From: Candidatus Aenigmatarchaeota archaeon
Lineage (GTDB): Archaea; Aenigmatarchaeota; Aenigmatarchaeia; QMZP01; QMZT01
Length of the DNA: 38,660 nucleotides
Direction of reading: 5' to 3'
NCBI GenBank assembly: GCA_021162425.1
Contig: JAGGYQ010000046.1
Span: 1 to 38,660, forward strand
Every line of letters begins with the position of its first letter. The first letter of the stretch is position 1. Shown here piece after piece: positions 26,357-34,794 of this stretch. The notes under the pieces were generated by a model that worked only from the letters and a program-made list of their open reading frames with translations, did not search any database and was not told the origin of the DNA. Both the position numbers and the translations under genes were made by a program.

Positions 26357-26881
26357 TCATTTTCCCTTATATGTCTCAAAAAACACTATATCTTTCAGCT
26401 CTCTTCTTGTACTGATGGGCTTTTCGTTCGGATAGCCAAGTGTGATGATTGCAACAGGTCTAACATGCTTTGGTATGTTCAATATTTTTCGAACCTCACC
26501 CTCATTAAACGCTCCTATCCAGCATGTCCCCAGACCCAATGCATACGCCTCCAGCATCATGTTCTCTACCGCTGCTCCACTTTCCTGAATAGAATAGACA
26601 TCCACGCCCCTTTGTCCATAATGAGATATTTTATCCATATTGCAGCATACTATTACACACACAGGGGCTTCTTTAATATATTCTTGGCCATACGATGCCT
26701 TGCACAATGCTTTCTTTGTTTCAGGGTTTTTCACGACTATATATTCAACGCATTGGAGATTTCCTGCGGAGGGCGCCCAGCGCGCGGCTTCTAATATTTG
26801 AGCTATTTTCTCATCTTCGACTGGTTTGTCCAAATAGGAACGCACACTCCTTCTGTTTTTTATCGCTTCTTCGACTTCCAT
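26357..26881 (-). CDS. Nitroreductase-family FMN oxidoreductase
   Basis: IKNRRSVRSY.DKPV......IL.AAR.APSAGN.Q......V........L.....GQ.....AP....VC is the typical nitroreductase N-terminal pattern, followed by the C-terminal TLGYP. Confidence 0.88.
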   Translation of the reverse strand: MEVEEAIKNRRSVRSYLDKPVEDEKIAQILEAARWAPSAGNLQCVEYIVVKNPETKKALCKASYGQEYIKEAPVCVIVCCNMDKISHYGQRGVDVYSIQESGAAVENMMLEAYALGLGTCWIGAFNEGEVRKILNIPKHVRPVAIITLGYPNEKPISTRRELKDIVFFETYKGK

Positions 26882-26931
26882 GATATTTAATTATGTGCTA
26901 ACTTTAAATTTCATTCAACGAAATCTATTTC

Positions 26932-29274
26932 ATGATAACAAGGGTGAAACTCGTCAACTGGAAATCGCATAAAGAGACAGAGCTTCAATTTTCCAAAGGT
27001 GTGAACGCCCTGATAGGAATTATGGGTTCGGGGAAGACGAGTGTTATGCAGGGTATAGCATTCGCATTGTTCGGGACATTCTCACTTCTGCAATCAAAAA
27101 AACTTCGCTTGGACGACCTTCTTATGAAAAAACCTGTCGAAGCGAGTGAGGCACTGGTGGAGCTAGAATTCGTAATTAATGGAAAAACCTACACTATCAG
27201 GAGAAAACTCACAAAGGGGAAAGGCACAACAGAGGCGGAAATTCGTGAAGACGGAAAACTCATTGAGGTGAGCCCAGCGGGTGTTACACGCGAGGTCGAA
27301 CGCATACTTCAGATGGATTATGATTTATTCCAGCGGGCGGTTTACTCCGAACAAAACGCCCTTGACTATTTTCTTCAGATTCCGAAGGGAAAGAGAATGG
27401 ATAAAATAGACAGCATGCTTAAACTTGACCTGTATGAAAAAGCGAGAGAAAACGCGGTAAAACTTCGGGGGAGAATCATCGAACGCAGAAATGAAAAGAT
27501 GAGAGTCATCGAGGAACTGAAAAACAGGGACATAGAAAAAAGAATGAAACAGCTCGAAAGCGAAATCTCTCAAAAGAAAACAGAAATGGACAGACTATCA
27601 AAAGAAAAAACAGACATCGAGAAAAAAGCTGTTGAACTCACCGAAATTCTTGAGAAACACGAATCCGTGAAAAGGGAATACAACGAACTGTTAAAAAAGA
27701 TGGAATCATTGAACTCGAGGATATTCGAAATAGAAAGATACTTACAAATGAAAAAAGATGTTGAAAAAATTCAGGTCAACGAGGGCATGCTCACCAGACT
27801 TTCCGACAAGATAAAAGAGATCGATGACACAGTCAACCGTATGGAAAATGAATTGAAGAATGCAAGAGAGTCCCTTTCGAAGGCGAAAGGCAGACTCGAT
27901 TTCATACTGCAGCAGATAAATGACTATGAAAATCGAATAAATGAGATGAAGTCAAGAGAGACCGAAATCAACAAACTTCATGAACTCCTCGGTAGCGAAC
28001 CTGAAGAAAAACTAAAGAATTTCCAAGATACAATAGACGACATTAAAAAGAAGGTCTACGCACTTGAAACTAAACGCGAAGAACTTGAGAAAACTCTGGG
28101 GGAACTAAAAACTGCTGGTAACAAATGCCCTGTCTGCGAATCCCCTCTCTCAGAAGAGAGAAAAAAGAACATTCTTGAGGAAAAAAACTCGAACCTTCGA
28201 AAACTCAACCAAGAGCTTAAAATAATGAAAAAATCGCTCGAGAACAGAGAAGAGGAATTCAGAATTTTCAAAGAAAATTACGAAAAATACAAAGAACTCG
28301 CGGATTCGCTCAAAGATTATAAGGAAATAACCGAGAAAACAACCGAGCTCAAAAACGAGAAAAACTCGCTGGAGAAAACCGTGACAGAAATAGAAAACTC
28401 GCTTAAAAGCAAAGAGGTAGAATTGTCCGCATTAAGAAAAAAACTACAGGAAAAAATAATCGAAAAACAGAAAATGAGCGACCTGCTCCGCAAAAAAGAG
28501 GAACTCGAAGAGCTCAAAAAAGAAAAAGAAGACATAGTCAGAGAGAAATCAGAGCTCGAGGAACAGAAAAAAGCATATGAGCATTCCCTGAGCAAAATAG
28601 ATGAGGCAGGAACAAGAAAAGAAAGGGATAAGGTCATAGGAAGGTTGAAAGCGATAGAAACTTCGCTAAAGCACATAGCAGAACTGATCAACGAGAAGTT
28701 AAAATCACTCGAAGAGTTGAGCAAAGATATGGAAACATTTACGAAATATAAAGAAGACATCAAGAATTATGGAAAAATAATTGAATGGGTGGACAAATTC
28801 ATAAAAATTTTAAAAATCACACAAAACCAGTTAAGAGACGAATTCCTCAAAACCGTAAACCATATAATGAATTTTATATGGCCTGAGCTTTATCCATACG
28901 GCGACTTTAAAGAAATAAAAATGCTTGTCGACAACGACTACATACTGCAGTTAAAAACTTCAAGGGGATGGGTCAATGTGGAAAGCGTGTCTGGGGGCGA
29001 ACGAACCATCGCATGCTTGGCGTTGAGAATTGCATTTTCCCTTGCGTTCACACCAAATCTCCGCTGGTTAATTCTTGACGAACCAACTCACAACATGGAC
29101 AGCAACGCCATAAGACATTTCGGTGAGATTTTGAAGAACAAAATGGAAAATTTGGTTGAACAAGTATTCCTCATCACGCATGAAGAAGCATTGTCAGACT
29201 ATATAAACGGTTGCATATACAGATTAGAAAGAGAAAAGGACAAAGATGGTATAACAAAACTCGTGAAATTGTAA
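26932..29274 (+). CDS. rad50: Rad50-type SMC-like ATPase with a zinc hook
   Basis: N-terminal Walker A GIMGSGKTS. A roughly 500-aa K/E-rich coiled coil contains a central CPVC hook (GNKCPVCESPL). C-terminal signature SGGE, Walker B LILDEPT and H-loop ITHE. Confidence 0.88.
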   Translation: MITRVKLVNWKSHKETELQFSKGVNALIGIMGSGKTSVMQGIAFALFGTFSLLQSKKLRLDDLLMKKPVEASEALVELEFVINGKTYTIRRKLTKGKGTTEAEIREDGKLIEVSPAGVTREVERILQMDYDLFQRAVYSEQNALDYFLQIPKGKRMDKIDSMLKLDLYEKARENAVKLRGRIIERRNEKMRVIEELKNRDIEKRMKQLESEISQKKTEMDRLSKEKTDIEKKAVELTEILEKHESVKREYNELLKKMESLNSRIFEIERYLQMKKDVEKIQVNEGMLTRLSDKIKEIDDTVNRMENELKNARESLSKAKGRLDFILQQINDYENRINEMKSRETEINKLHELLGSEPEEKLKNFQDTIDDIKKKVYALETKREELEKTLGELKTAGNKCPVCESPLSEERKKNILEEKNSNLRKLNQELKIMKKSLENREEEFRIFKENYEKYKELADSLKDYKEITEKTTELKNEKNSLEKTVTEIENSLKSKEVELSALRKKLQEKIIEKQKMSDLLRKKEELEELKKEKEDIVREKSELEEQKKAYEHSLSKIDEAGTRKERDKVIGRLKAIETSLKHIAELINEKLKSLEELSKDMETFTKYKEDIKNYGKIIEWVDKFIKILKITQNQLRDEFLKTVNHIMNFIWPELYPYGDFKEIKMLVDNDYILQLKTSRGWVNVESVSGGERTIACLALRIAFSLAFTPNLRWLILDEPTHNMDSNAIRHFGEILKNKMENLVEQVFLITHEEALSDYINGCIYRLEREKDKDGITKLVKL

Positions 29275-29314
29275 TTCGCAAATAATTTTAATTCAGAAAG
29301 CCAAAAATGAAATA

Positions 29315-31411
29315 ATGAGGCGAAAATTTTCTATACTTGCTGTTATTTTGGCTCTAATGCTGACAGCTTCCGCGGTATCGGCGCATATGAACGAATCGTC
29401 CAACAAGACATTTTCAAATTTTTCAGCTACCGAAGAAAAGAATTTATGCCCTGATATGACACCATATAATTCATGCTCAAACAAAAAACCATACCTCTGC
29501 CTCAATGGAGAGCTTATAGAGAATTGTTCTGTATGCGGTTGCGAGGAGGGTGAGGACTGCCTCTCTGATGGGACATGTTATTTCAATCACAGACCAAAAA
29601 TATACCGAATAGGTGATGTTGTTGCGAAGGAAGGAGAAGATATATCATTTCAAATCAACGAAGGTGAGAAGTTAGAATTCAATATCACAGCCGAAGACGA
29701 GGATGGAGACTCAATAACATATTTTGCCGTAAATCTGCCAAATGGCTCGGTTTTTGAACCGAATGGTCATTTTCTCTGGATACCTGGATATGGTTTGGAA
29801 AAAAGGCAGTATTATGTTACATTCATGGTTGTAGACAATCCTGTCACAGGAAGTCCAAAGTCAAGCGAACAGAACATTTGGATATATGTGGGTAAAGTGA
29901 ACAGACCGCCTGTGGTCAAATTCGCTAACCACAGCCTCAAGACAGATGAGAATGTTCTTTTAGAATTTAAACTGAACGCAGAGGACCCGGATGGCGACAA
30001 ACTCGTATATTACGTTGACGCGCTCCCGAAAGGTGCCAACTTTAACAACAAGACAGGAGAATTTTCATGGATACCTGATTTTGAACAAAAGGGAAATTAC
30101 GAATTAACATTTATTGTGTCCGATGGTGCCAGCAATGTGACGAAGAAAATACTGATAACGGTCGGTGATGTCAACAGACCGCCGTTTGCAAAAATATCGT
30201 ATCCTCTTCAAGGACAGGAGTTTTCCCTGAACTCGGATGTTTACTTCAGCTCTTCTGAAAGCTATGACCCTGACAATGATGACTTGACATTTGTGTGGGA
30301 TTTCGGAGACGGCTCGACAATCACAACAAAGGAAACAAACGTAAAGCACAGGTATGTCAGCCCGGGCACATATAATGTAACGCTTCTGGTGGCGGATAAA
30401 AAATTGCACAGCAAAGATACAATCCCAATTGTTATACAGGAAAGAAAAATAAGGGACACCGACAATGATGGAGTTCGAGACGAAATAGACAAATGTCCAG
30501 ACACACCTTCGTATATGAAGGTAAATATGTACGGCTGTCCATTACCCAAATACTCGAAGTTCATGAACAATATAACAACTGACTTCTCCATGGTAGATGT
30601 CACAAATGCCACGAATGTCGTAATAGGCATTCCAGGAAAGGCAAAAATTGAATTCAGAAGGAACAGAATAAATCTCGTTGGCAAGGATATTGACAGAGCC
30701 ATAGAAATAAAAAATGACACCATCACGGTAAAAACAGACCTAATCCCCGAGCTGAACAAATCAGCCATAATAACTTTTTACCATGTTAACTTCACAGATC
30801 CCGTGATAGTCAAGGATGGCGTCTATTGCAGGGAATGCAAAATAATAGACTACATCAACGAGACGCTGACCTTTTTCGTCCCTCATTTCACTTCATACAC
30901 GCTTATGGAATGGTCATCTTATGCAGGATATTGTGGAGATGGTCTATGCTCACTTTACGAGACGTGCTATGATTGCGAGGTCGATTGTGGTAAATGCAAG
31001 GAATCCATGGAATCACCCGGCGAATGTAAAGAATTATGGGTATGCTCCCCATGGTCAGACTGTAATGAGCTGGACCTTATGACAAGGGAGTGTGAAGATA
31101 TAAATCAATGCGGAACGGAAAGAAACAAACCTGTAGAAATAGCGGAATGCAAAAAAGGCATGAACCTCTTTTCTCTGACGCTCTTTGGGACTGTGATTTT
31201 CCTTCTTACAGTAATGTATTTAGTGGCAGAACATGCAAAAAAGAGATTAGAAAAAAGAAAGATGAACATGCTTGAACTTAAAAAATTTGTGAAGGGACAT
31301 ATGTATAGAGGGTACACAAAAGATGAGATAAAAAGGATTTTGAAGGAAAAGGGATACAAGGATAAAGAGATAAAAGACATAATCAATGAAGTGGAAAAGG
31401 AGATATTCTGA
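29315..31411 (+). CDS. Large Cys-rich surface protein: signal peptide, two cadherin/He_PIG-like Ig repeats, PKD domain, TSP3-like Ca-binding motif, Cys-rich stalk, TM anchor and short basic cytoplasmic tail
   Basis: Signal peptide MRRKFSILAVILALMLTASAVSA. Repeats ending VNRPP (twice). PKD signature FVWDFGDGS....HRY..PGTYNVTL.V.D. DTDNDGVRDEIDKCPDT motif. CGDGLCSLYETCYDCEVDCGKC block. TM segment LFSLTLFGTVIFLLTVMYLV. At least 15 N-x-S/T sequons. Confidence 0.75.
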   Translation: MRRKFSILAVILALMLTASAVSAHMNESSNKTFSNFSATEEKNLCPDMTPYNSCSNKKPYLCLNGELIENCSVCGCEEGEDCLSDGTCYFNHRPKIYRIGDVVAKEGEDISFQINEGEKLEFNITAEDEDGDSITYFAVNLPNGSVFEPNGHFLWIPGYGLEKRQYYVTFMVVDNPVTGSPKSSEQNIWIYVGKVNRPPVVKFANHSLKTDENVLLEFKLNAEDPDGDKLVYYVDALPKGANFNNKTGEFSWIPDFEQKGNYELTFIVSDGASNVTKKILITVGDVNRPPFAKISYPLQGQEFSLNSDVYFSSSESYDPDNDDLTFVWDFGDGSTITTKETNVKHRYVSPGTYNVTLLVADKKLHSKDTIPIVIQERKIRDTDNDGVRDEIDKCPDTPSYMKVNMYGCPLPKYSKFMNNITTDFSMVDVTNATNVVIGIPGKAKIEFRRNRINLVGKDIDRAIEIKNDTITVKTDLIPELNKSAIITFYHVNFTDPVIVKDGVYCRECKIIDYINETLTFFVPHFTSYTLMEWSSYAGYCGDGLCSLYETCYDCEVDCGKCKESMESPGECKELWVCSPWSDCNELDLMTRECEDINQCGTERNKPVEIAECKKGMNLFSLTLFGTVIFLLTVMYLVAEHAKKRLEKRKMNMLELKKFVKGHMYRGYTKDEIKRILKEKGYKDKEIKDIINEVEKEIF

Positions 31412-31412
31412 G

Positions 31413-32039
31413 TTATTCTATCTTGGGAAAACCTATATGCGCGACTGTTATTGTGCCTGAATTTTTTTTGTTCATGCCCTTCTTTTTTTCGTAAAATGTA
31501 ACAGTGAGATCAGGTTTTACGGAGATGCCCATGACTTTCCCTGTGTCGCTATCAATGCCTGAAGGGCAGTCTATTGACACCTTGAACCCCTTCATCTTGT
31601 TGAATTTCTTTATAACCTCTGCATAATCTTCCTTTATGATATTTTTGAGGCCTGTTCCTATGAGGGCATCCACCAAAATATCTGCCGATATGTTGGGGAT
31701 TTTCCCAATATAAAATTTGATAGGCTTTTTCAAACATTTGAGGGAGTTCAGAATTGCATAATTTTTTCTTGCGCTTTCGCTCCTAAGCAGGCTCGGGTTT
31801 TTAACGAAAAAAATCAAGACTTCTGCCCCGTATATCAGAGCATGTCTTGCGAAAACAAGTCCGTCCCCCCCGTTGTTCCCTGTCCCGCAGAATATCAAAA
31901 CTTTTTTATTTTTCAACCCCACTTTTTTATTGACTATTCTGGCAGCATTCGCTCCCGCATTCTCCATCATTATGTCCTCAGATATGCCTATTTCCTTTGC
32001 CTTGCTCTCTATCTGCCTGATTTTTTCAACAGAAATCAT
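31413..32039 (-). CDS. nnrE: NAD(P)H-hydrate epimerase (YjeF N-terminal domain only)
   Basis: LMENAG-like IMMENAGANAA, and FCGTGNNGGDGLV. At about 208 aa it has no C-terminal dehydratase domain. The ATG at 32039 is preferred over the TTG at 32060. Confidence 0.85.
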   Translation of the reverse strand: MISVEKIRQIESKAKEIGISEDIMMENAGANAARIVNKKVGLKNKKVLIFCGTGNNGGDGLVFARHALIYGAEVLIFFVKNPSLLRSESARKNYAILNSLKCLKKPIKFYIGKIPNISADILVDALIGTGLKNIIKEDYAEVIKKFNKMKGFKVSIDCPSGIDSDTGKVMGISVKPDLTVTFYEKKKGMNKKNSGTITVAHIGFPKIE

Positions 32040-32092
32040 GTTAATAATTAATTTTGGCAAAACTTAAAGCTTTTCGTCACAAAATTAAAAAT

Positions 32093-33598
32093 TCACATAA
32101 AACTCTTCGCATCTTCGATTATTCTTTTTGATTCTTCGGCGAATCTTTTTGCTGCTTGTTCCAAAGGAATGCCCTTTCCAGATTCCTTTGACATTCTTTT
32201 CCTTATTCTCACAAATATGGGATAGTTCACAGCCTCGCCCACTATCAATCCTGTTCCCACTCGCAGACCGGAGATTTGATTGAGGACATCTTTTGTTATT
32301 CCTTCTGACGAGCGCCCGATGTGGTCGAGGTCGTATGGATTGGTAACACGAAGTATGATATGTGTGTTGCATTGTGACAGGGCTGTGGTGGAGAGTTGTA
32401 TAGGCCTTTGCGAAACCAAACACAAGGAGGCGTGGAATTTCCTCCCCTCGCGGGCGATGGTCTGGATGATACCGCGGGAGATCGCATTCTCCGCTCTCGC
32501 TGTCTCGGGGACAAACTGATGCGCCTCTTCAAGAATCAAAAGAAACGGTGGGATTTTATTTTCCCTTCTGTAATTGAACATCTCTCTTGCAAGATGCGCA
32601 ACTACCATCTGTTTCTTTCGGTTGTCGATGAAGCTTGAAAGGTCGATGATGCTTAATACGCCCTGCTTCACTATATCTGCAACAGGCGGGTTGTCTGAAA
32701 GGTCAAAAAGCTCTGTGTTCATCAAATCTGTTAATATCGTTATCAGAACATCTTTTGTGGATGATTTTATTTTTCCATCGCTTTCGACAAGTTTTATAAG
32801 TTCTTCAAGTGAATAGTGGGACTTCTCTTCTTTTAGATTGTGCAGAAACCTTGACAACTCCCTGACCTGGACATTCGATAATTTAGGCAAAAACTCGGAT
32901 ATTTGCTGTGTTGAGAGTTTGGAAAGCCCTATTTTTATATCCTTTCCTTCGATTATATTCACCTTTCCTGCATATTCTGGGTCTGATGCAAACGATGTGT
33001 ATTCGCCGTGAACATCTACGATAACAATCCCTACCTGACCATCTTCTTTTCTGCGTTTAAGCAACTCCTCGGCAAGAACAGAGACGAGATATGATTTCCC
33101 TGCACCTGATATTGCGAGGATAGCAAGGTGCTTTTGCAAAAGTCTCGTCATATTCAATGTTACTTTAACATTATGATGAGGTATATCTCCTATTTCAAGA
33201 CCATTCTCGTCCATTCCAAGAAATCTCTTCAATAGCTCAGGGTTGGCTTCGAAGACCTTTGTCCCGGGGGATGGAGGAATTGAAACATCCGAGAATATAT
33301 TTTCGTCCTTTCTATAGATACCAAGCGGTATGACCTCTGCATTCAGATACTCCCAATTATCGACTGGAAATATGTCTTTCATGGATTGTGAAGATTCGTA
33401 TCTTTCAACGGACTCCGGTCTCGAGAAATATCTGTTAGTTTTTATGACATCGGAAACTCTCCCCACCATTAAACCTTCTTCTGTTTCTATCTGAACGAAC
33501 TGCCCGCGTCTGACAACTTCACCTTTTTTCACGACAAAGGATAGCCTACGCGTAGACGGGGCGTCAGGATTTGAAATCACAATGCCGATTTCTTTCAT
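32093..33598 (-). CDS. herA: HerA-family (FtsK/HerA superfamily, DUF87) hexameric helicase/translocase ATPase
   Basis: N-terminal HAS-barrel-like segment GIVIS.......L.FVV.KGEVVRRGQFVQIE.EEG.MVGRV.DV. Walker A AISGAGKSY, Walker B FLLILEEAHQF, and arginine-finger region LVSQRP. Confidence 0.85.
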   Translation of the reverse strand: MKEIGIVISNPDAPSTRRLSFVVKKGEVVRRGQFVQIETEEGLMVGRVSDVIKTNRYFSRPESVERYESSQSMKDIFPVDNWEYLNAEVIPLGIYRKDENIFSDVSIPPSPGTKVFEANPELLKRFLGMDENGLEIGDIPHHNVKVTLNMTRLLQKHLAILAISGAGKSYLVSVLAEELLKRRKEDGQVGIVIVDVHGEYTSFASDPEYAGKVNIIEGKDIKIGLSKLSTQQISEFLPKLSNVQVRELSRFLHNLKEEKSHYSLEELIKLVESDGKIKSSTKDVLITILTDLMNTELFDLSDNPPVADIVKQGVLSIIDLSSFIDNRKKQMVVAHLAREMFNYRRENKIPPFLLILEEAHQFVPETARAENAISRGIIQTIAREGRKFHASLCLVSQRPIQLSTTALSQCNTHIILRVTNPYDLDHIGRSSEGITKDVLNQISGLRVGTGLIVGEAVNYPIFVRIRKRMSKESGKGIPLEQAAKRFAEESKRIIEDAKSFM

Positions 33599-33641
33599 TC
33601 TTTGATATTAAATTGAAAACTTAAAAAATCTGAGGTTGATG

Positions 33642-34037
33642 TCATTTTCTTTGTTTTTTTCCAATCTTTCTTTGTAATTCCTTGATGAATTCCTCGTCAG
33701 GAAATCTTATATCCAAGTTTTTGAAATATTTTTCGGCGTCTCCGTAGTTTTCGGGGTAAAGTGTCACGAAATAGTCTCTGTGAAAGTTCATATGCTTGAT
33801 TAGAAGGCAGAGGTCGCCATGCTGTGTCAAAGTTATGTGATTGTTACCAAATATTATTGCCCTGAGTTGTTCGTATGCCTTTCTTTCTTCTTCATTCAGC
33901 TCTTCAAGTTCGTAGTCGGCGTTCGTTGCATGGTATAGCCTGATGCTCCCTTGCCTGTGCATGTCTATGAGCTGCTTTATGCCCGGGTGTCTGTGGTAGA
34001 ATATCAGGGCGGAATGATCGAGCGTTATCTTTACCAT
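33642..34037 (-). CDS. Hypothetical 131-aa protein upstream of herA; possibly PIN-like
   Basis: It is on the same strand as herA, 43 nt upstream. It shows an alternating beta/alpha pattern with an N-terminal strand VKITLDHSALIFY resembling the PIN LDT(S/N)xLI strand, plus later acidic positions (E44-E52, D75, D88). No family is confidently recognised. Confidence 0.35.
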   Translation of the reverse strand: MVKITLDHSALIFYHRHPGIKQLIDMHRQGSIRLYHATNADYELEELNEEERKAYEQLRAIIFGNNHITLTQHGDLCLLIKHMNFHRDYFVTLYPENYGDAEKYFKNLDIRFPDEEFIKELQRKIGKKQRK

Positions 34038-34069
34038 TTTTCACCACAAATAAATTAGAATCAAAGTTT

Positions 34070-34234
34070 TTAATCATTTGCATCTACGTGCATTGCCTTT
34101 ATTTTCATGGCATCTTCAAGGCTGCTTCTTTCAAACTCTGGCTTTGTCCTGCCTGTCCTGAACATTCTGTGCGCTAAATACATCACAAGCAGGAACGATA
34201 CAGAACCGAACAACTCAACAATCAATTCGTTCAT
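34070..34234 (-). CDS. Hypothetical 54-aa single-TM peptide; coding status uncertain
   Basis: MNELIVELFGSVSFLLVMYLAHRMFRTGRTKPEF... from the internal ATG at 34234. The upstream part of the track ORF (to 34390) is better explained as the C-terminal remnant of the IS200-like pseudogene. Confidence 0.3.
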   Translation of the reverse strand: MNELIVELFGSVSFLLVMYLAHRMFRTGRTKPEFERSSLEDAMKIKAMHVDAND

Positions 34235-34689
34235 TACACATTCTTCTTTTTGGATATTTTTAAACTTTATGTTTATTAGGAGCGTGTCTAAAAATAACTC
34301 TGTTTCCTTCCCTCTTCGTTGCACGCTGGAAAAATAAAGTCCATACGAAATCCCCCTCGCCGAGACATTTTCCCAAATGAAGATCAACAAGCCGCGGGAA
34401 TTGTTAGATACGCCCTGTGAAAAGGAAAATTTATAAATAATTGTCCTTTTAATATTGAATATGATAAAAAGAGGGAAGAGATAATAGAGTATTTTTGAAG
34501 AGTATCTTACCTGAAGACATAACCAAAATCGATAACGAGGTGGACATGGTCGAGGTCAAAACCGATTTTGATTATTTTTGCTCCTTGTTCGGATAAAATT
34601 TCTTCGAACATTCTGGCGCAGAATGTTTTTATCCTCTCGTACCCAAATATTTTATGACGGTATTTGGGTATGAGGGCTTTCACCTCCAA
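34235..34689 (-). pseudogene. tnpA: Decayed IS200/IS605-family Y1 (HUH) transposase gene (tnpA remnant)
   Basis: The 60-aa ORF contains IPKYRHKIF and the HUH motif DHVHLVI, then a premature TAA. After the stop the same frame continues with family-like SILKGQ..LFINFP....Y. A further frame (track ORF 34070-34390) reads IWENVSARGISYGLYFSSV...ETELFL, resembling FWARGYFVSTVG..EE.I..YI but lacking the catalytic Tyr. There is therefore at least one stop and at least one frameshift. Confidence 0.65.
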
Positions 34690-34734
34690 GATATTTGTTA
34701 CTTTATTATTGGGATTCTGCGCTCAAGAAGCAGA

Positions 34735-34754
34735 CCACCGGTTAAAACCGGTGG
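34735..34754. repeat. Perfect GC-rich hairpin/palindrome ccaccggtt-aa-aaccggtgg upstream of the tnpA remnant
   Basis: A 20-nt perfect palindrome (7-9 bp stem) lies 46 nt upstream of the tnpA remnant start and 41 nt upstream of the UbiA-family ATG. IS200/IS605 elements carry subterminal hairpins at the left end, upstream of tnpA. Confidence 0.5.
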
Positions 34755-34794
34755 AATTCTTTATTTAAATAACATTTTAGTGATACTAAAATTT

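Noticed and set aside
26351-26883. Plus-strand ORFs 26351-26794 and 26695-26883.
   Set aside because: They are antisense to the nitroreductase gene, are Cys/His/Phe-rich and have no family resemblance.
27500-28763. Apparent repetitiveness in rad50 (K/E-rich stretches) and the 148-aa Ser-rich minus-strand ORF at 28317-28763.
   Set aside because: This is the compositional bias of a coiled coil (aaa/gaa codons), not a DNA tandem repeat. The minus-strand ORF is its antisense image (ttc/ttt giving Phe/Ser).
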